64,000 bases of DNA from Lama glama (lineage: Eukaryota), in assembly GCA_028534125.1 (NCBI GenBank), contig CM052816.1, positions 32,614,001 to 32,678,000 on the forward strand, written 5' to 3'. Shown here one piece after another: positions 60,461 through 64,000 of the stretch. Each line of letters starts with the position of its first letter. Position 1 is the first letter of the stretch. Position numbers and translations under genes: made by a program. The notes under the pieces are model-generated. The model searched no databases. It was not told the DNA's origin and saw only the letters and a program-made list of their open reading frames with translations.

Positions 60461-62564
60461 CTCCTATTTCAGTCGCCTTCCCATCTTCCTGGTTTCGACT
60501 CTCTTGCTTCCTTTGAAAGTTTTTCACCGTATGGGAAGCTTACCCGATAGCCTGGCATATAGAGTTACAAAGAAAAAGCTTGTTATCTAGAGGTCAGTGG
60601 ATTTTATTCACCTTGTTGGGGTAATCCAGTCCCCAGGACTCCAGAATGGTTTGGGAGAGTTTGACTCCTTGGCCCATCGAACTCCTGCAAAGTAGGGGCT
60701 TGATGCCTGTGATGGCAAATGATTGTTAATCTAAATTAATTTTTTTCTGACTATAGCAAACCTTTGATCTTTGAACTTTTGAGGCGGGGGCGTCAGTTTT
60801 CTAGATCTAGGTAAAGAATTTGAAAGTGTTGGTTTTTAAAAAGAAGTCTTTATGAATGTAGGAAATGTAATAGCAGAAGAAAGGGTGGTTTAGTGATTCT
60901 TTTATTCATTGTTAGCTTAAACTGTCCACTAAGCTTTAGAATCCCGTATTGTCCAAGCCCTTTGTTTTATTTAGAAAGCATGAAAGGAAGAAAAAGCTTT
61001 TTAAACTCAAAACTTCTCAAATTTCTTTGATTTTCATTTGTTGCTACTGCTTAACAATCCTTCTAGTACTTGATATTTTGTATGAAAGTTAGGCTATGCC
61101 AGTCTCATTTCTCCTTTTATTACTGGGGAAGAGTAGTCAGAAGTAATGGTGTAAGAAGCTATTCTAAATAACGTGGTATCTTGCCAGAGTTTATAAGTGC
61201 AACCTGCAGGATGGAAGTGATAGGGAAGGAAGTTGCCACAGCTGATTCTCCCATCTTCTCCTGTAGTTGGATAACGTGTGCCAAAATTGTAAAAAATGGG
61301 GTAGTAAATATAAATGATAGCTTGTCCATTGAGATTGCAAGTTGGTGGGCCTTTTCAAAGTAACAATAAATTGAGCGGTATTTTGTTGAAGCGATGCTGG
61401 GTGCTCTCCAAAGTTAGTAAAGCACAAATAACATTGCCCTATTGGAATTCTGTACTAAAAATCTTTAACATATAGGTTATAATTGACCTGACAGATTTGT
61501 TAACTTTTCATTCTACCTCATGACACGCAGTCTATTTTTCTCTTTGTTCTAGACTTTTGACCTCCTAATGAATTTCTTCAGTTTGAATATAGAATTGTTC
61601 ATTTTAAAAGAAGAGGAGTTATTTTAACGTTTGATTCCTCTGTGGGCTAATTCTTTCATTTGTTGGTAGCCTTCACTTTTCTACAACCAAGAACTGCACG
61701 TTTTTATTGCTGGCTCTCTCTCAGTTCTGTGCTTTTAGGTGAAAGCATAGTAGGCCTGCTGAGCTGCAATCAGTAGCTCAATGCCTTTGGCAAAATAATT
61801 TGAGGCATTTTGTCAAGACATCTTTGACCACAATCACTCTTATGGAACCTGTTTTCTCTCTTTCCACTCCCTCTCTCTGTGAACCCACCCCTCTTTGTCT
61901 CTTTATTCAACCCATTGGCCAATTGCTGATTTCATTTGCCTCCCAATGTAACTAGAAACCCAGGGTCATCATTTTTTATTAAGCTATCATTGATGCCTTA
62001 GAATGCTTTATTTTCTGTAGATTTACCTTTCTGGTCCCCAGTCCAGTACAAACCTCATCATCAGCTTTGTCAGTTTCACCTCTGAAATCCTGAAGGATGC
62101 AAGAAAGTTATGTAGGGATATTGGTTAGCTTTCATACCATTTAGTGTTCTGCTGTCTGCTGGGTCTTTAGTGTTGATTGTGTTCCTTTTGTCATATTTCC
62201 TGAAGATTTTTATAGCAAATAATTTGATCTCTTCCTTTCTTGAGAAATATCTCAACCATCTGAGGTATAATCTTTTCCATCTTGGTATCATCTCCTTATT
62301 TGCTCGTATCTCAGAAGAAACATCCTTCTTTTTTTCAAGAGCAGCCTCCTTCAGATGTGTCCATGATCATTCCTCTCCGTCTTTCTTTCTCCATAACTGT
62401 CCATTATCACACTTTCCATATCTTCCTCTCTAGCCTACATACATTCTGATGTATACATACCTTTTCCAGGGCTGCCGAATATAGTGCTGTGTGCTGTGCA
62501 ACTCAGGGAGGCCGGTCTGAGTCTTGAGTCTGCTGTGCCATTGTCTTTTTATTCTTTAATCCCA

Positions 62565-62800
62565 GGAGCCTGGTGTAGTAGGAAGAACATTGACTTTTGA
62601 GCCATGTAGATCTGGTTTTAAAGTCTGTTAAAACTACTTGGTGGCTTTGTGGCTGTGTGCGAGTTAGTACTCTGACTGTATTCTCAATCTATAAAGTAGA
62701 ATGTTATCTTTACCTCGCAGGGTTGTAATTGGTGGGGTTTAACACATATTAAGTGTCTTTCCAAGTGTTTGGTATATTATGGAGTTCTTAAAAATATGAA
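62565..62800 (+). mobile_element. MIR
   Basis: 'tggtgtagtaggaagaacattgacttttgagccatgtagatctggtttt...atctataaagtagaatg...tacctcgcagggttgt'. Confidence 0.7.
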
Positions 62801-62829
62801 TTATTCTTTCCTTTGTGCTCTGACTTCCT

Positions 62830-63890
62830 TTACCATTTCAGTACTGAAACTGCTATTTTAAAAGTCACCAATGACTGTCTTGATTACCAAATTTAATTGC
62901 CTTTCCTCAGTCATCCTTGGCTTTCTTAGACCATTTTTCAGATATTTTCTCCAGGAATAAAATGATCTGATTTCTTGGTTCTTATGTATTTCCTGATTTT
63001 CCTACTCTCTGCAAGTTAACTTCTTTACATTTCCTTCACTCTCTTGATTTTGCTCTTACCCCTGAACATAGCTGTTTCCTGTATCAGTTAGGACGGAAAC
63101 TGGGTTTAAAAACAAAAGAAATGTATTAGCTCAGGTAACTGGCAAGTGCTTAGGTAGAACTGGTTTAAAGAGCAGTTTGTTCATAGACTTATGCTATCAA
63201 GACTGAGATTCTATTTTTCTGCTGTTCTGTCAACTTTGTCTTGCTATTTGAGCTTCACACTCAGACTGGCTTCCCTTCTAGAAGACAGCTATCAACAGTG
63301 TTCATGTTACAGCCGTCTTCATTGATTTCCAAAGGGAGAGAGAAGGCTTCTCCTCTCCTAGCCTTTTCCCAGTAGTCCTAAGCTTTACTTTGATTAAACA
63401 AACAAAGATCATGTTGCCAAGTCTGTCACCATAGCTTTGTTGAGAGGGATGGAATGATTCTAATTTGCCTGACCAGTAGACGATTCCTACCCAAAATGAA
63501 GAAGAGGTAGAATGGATCATGGGGAAGTAACCAGCATTCTTAAGGGTCTCTTTGCTTTTCACTGTGTTCTTTTGGTGATCATATCTTTTTTTAAATGTTA
63601 TAAATCATCATTTTTGTGTGGATGTTTCTCAGTGCTGTAACTCAATTTCTCACTTCCACCTCTTGCTGTATATCTGTATCTTAGATGTACAACAGTAAGC
63701 TTAACTCATACCAAACTAAATCAGTTCGATTTCCATCCACACACCCTCACCTAATGTGTCTGCGTGTGTGTATATGCATTACACTTCCTCCTGATTTCTC
63801 TTCTCTAATCATCTTTCTCTCAGCCACCCAGTCTTGAAACCTTGAAGTCATCTTGGTTCTTCCACTGTCAGTCAGTTGTCAGAGGTTGAA
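62830..63890 (+). mobile_element. L2 fragments split by an MLT1 LTR
   Basis: 'actgaaactgctattttaaaagtcaccaatgac', 'cttaactcataccaaactaaatc', 'gaaaccttgaagtcatcttggttcttcc'. Confidence 0.65.
63080..63530 (-). mobile_element. Old MaLR LTR (MLT1J/K-like)
   Basis: Starts 'tgtatcagttagg...aatgtattagctcaggtaactggcaag'; contains 'ttcacactcagactggcttccc' and 'gagggatggaatgattctaatttgcctg'. Confidence 0.6.
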
Positions 63891-64000
63891 TATATCTTGT
63901 ATTAGTTGGGCCTCAGGTTACATAATACAGAACTAACAGTGATTTAAACAGTATCTCACATTAAAAGGAGGCCAGAGTTGGAGGATCCCATGGTTAGCAG

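Noticed and set aside
59548..60550. Long overlapping ORFs in the CpG island (229, 180, 168, 127 aa etc.)
   Set aside because: Expected from stop-codon scarcity in GC-rich DNA; R/G/P/A-rich, on both strands, with no recognisable domain
61525..61745. Pyrimidine-tract/AG acceptors as exon 2 of the CpG-island gene
   Set aside because: No convincing paired donor or coding frame; such tracts are common in T-rich introns
59570..64000. Assigning a gene symbol to the CpG-island gene
   Set aside because: No recognisable coding exon in the window; a name would be a guess and needs BLAST or synteny

Overview
Mammalian nuclear DNA, most likely a camelid (alpaca/llama/camel): seven copies of a tRNA-Ala(AGC)-headed SINE resembling the camelid Vic-1-type SINE, and I saw no Alu, B1/B2, Bov-tA/BovB or PRE-1 elements. 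The first ~59.5 kb is intergenic or intronic and dominated by interspersed repeats (young and old L1, L2, MIR, MaLR/ERV LTRs, hAT MER elements, microsatellites), many of them nested and several with visible target-site duplications (TSDs). The one clear gene signal is a CpG-island promoter and first exon at ~59570-60460 on the + strand (NRF1-like, E2F, YY1, GC-box and ETS motifs, three GT donors), followed by probable intron 1. I could not identify the gene. No protein-coding gene is confidently supported: the ORFs I recognise are L1 ORF2 relics, and the rest look like chance or GC-driven frames. I found no convincing novel biological system. The best second-look items are the uORF/tandem-donor layout of the first exon, an L1 3' end inserted at the homologous position of another L1, a 48-bp L1 micro-insertion, a 26-bp perfect palindrome at ~43 kb, and weak candidate minus-strand first exons. 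Repeat family names come from recall of consensus sequences, not a database search. Boundaries are approximate unless a TSD is quoted.
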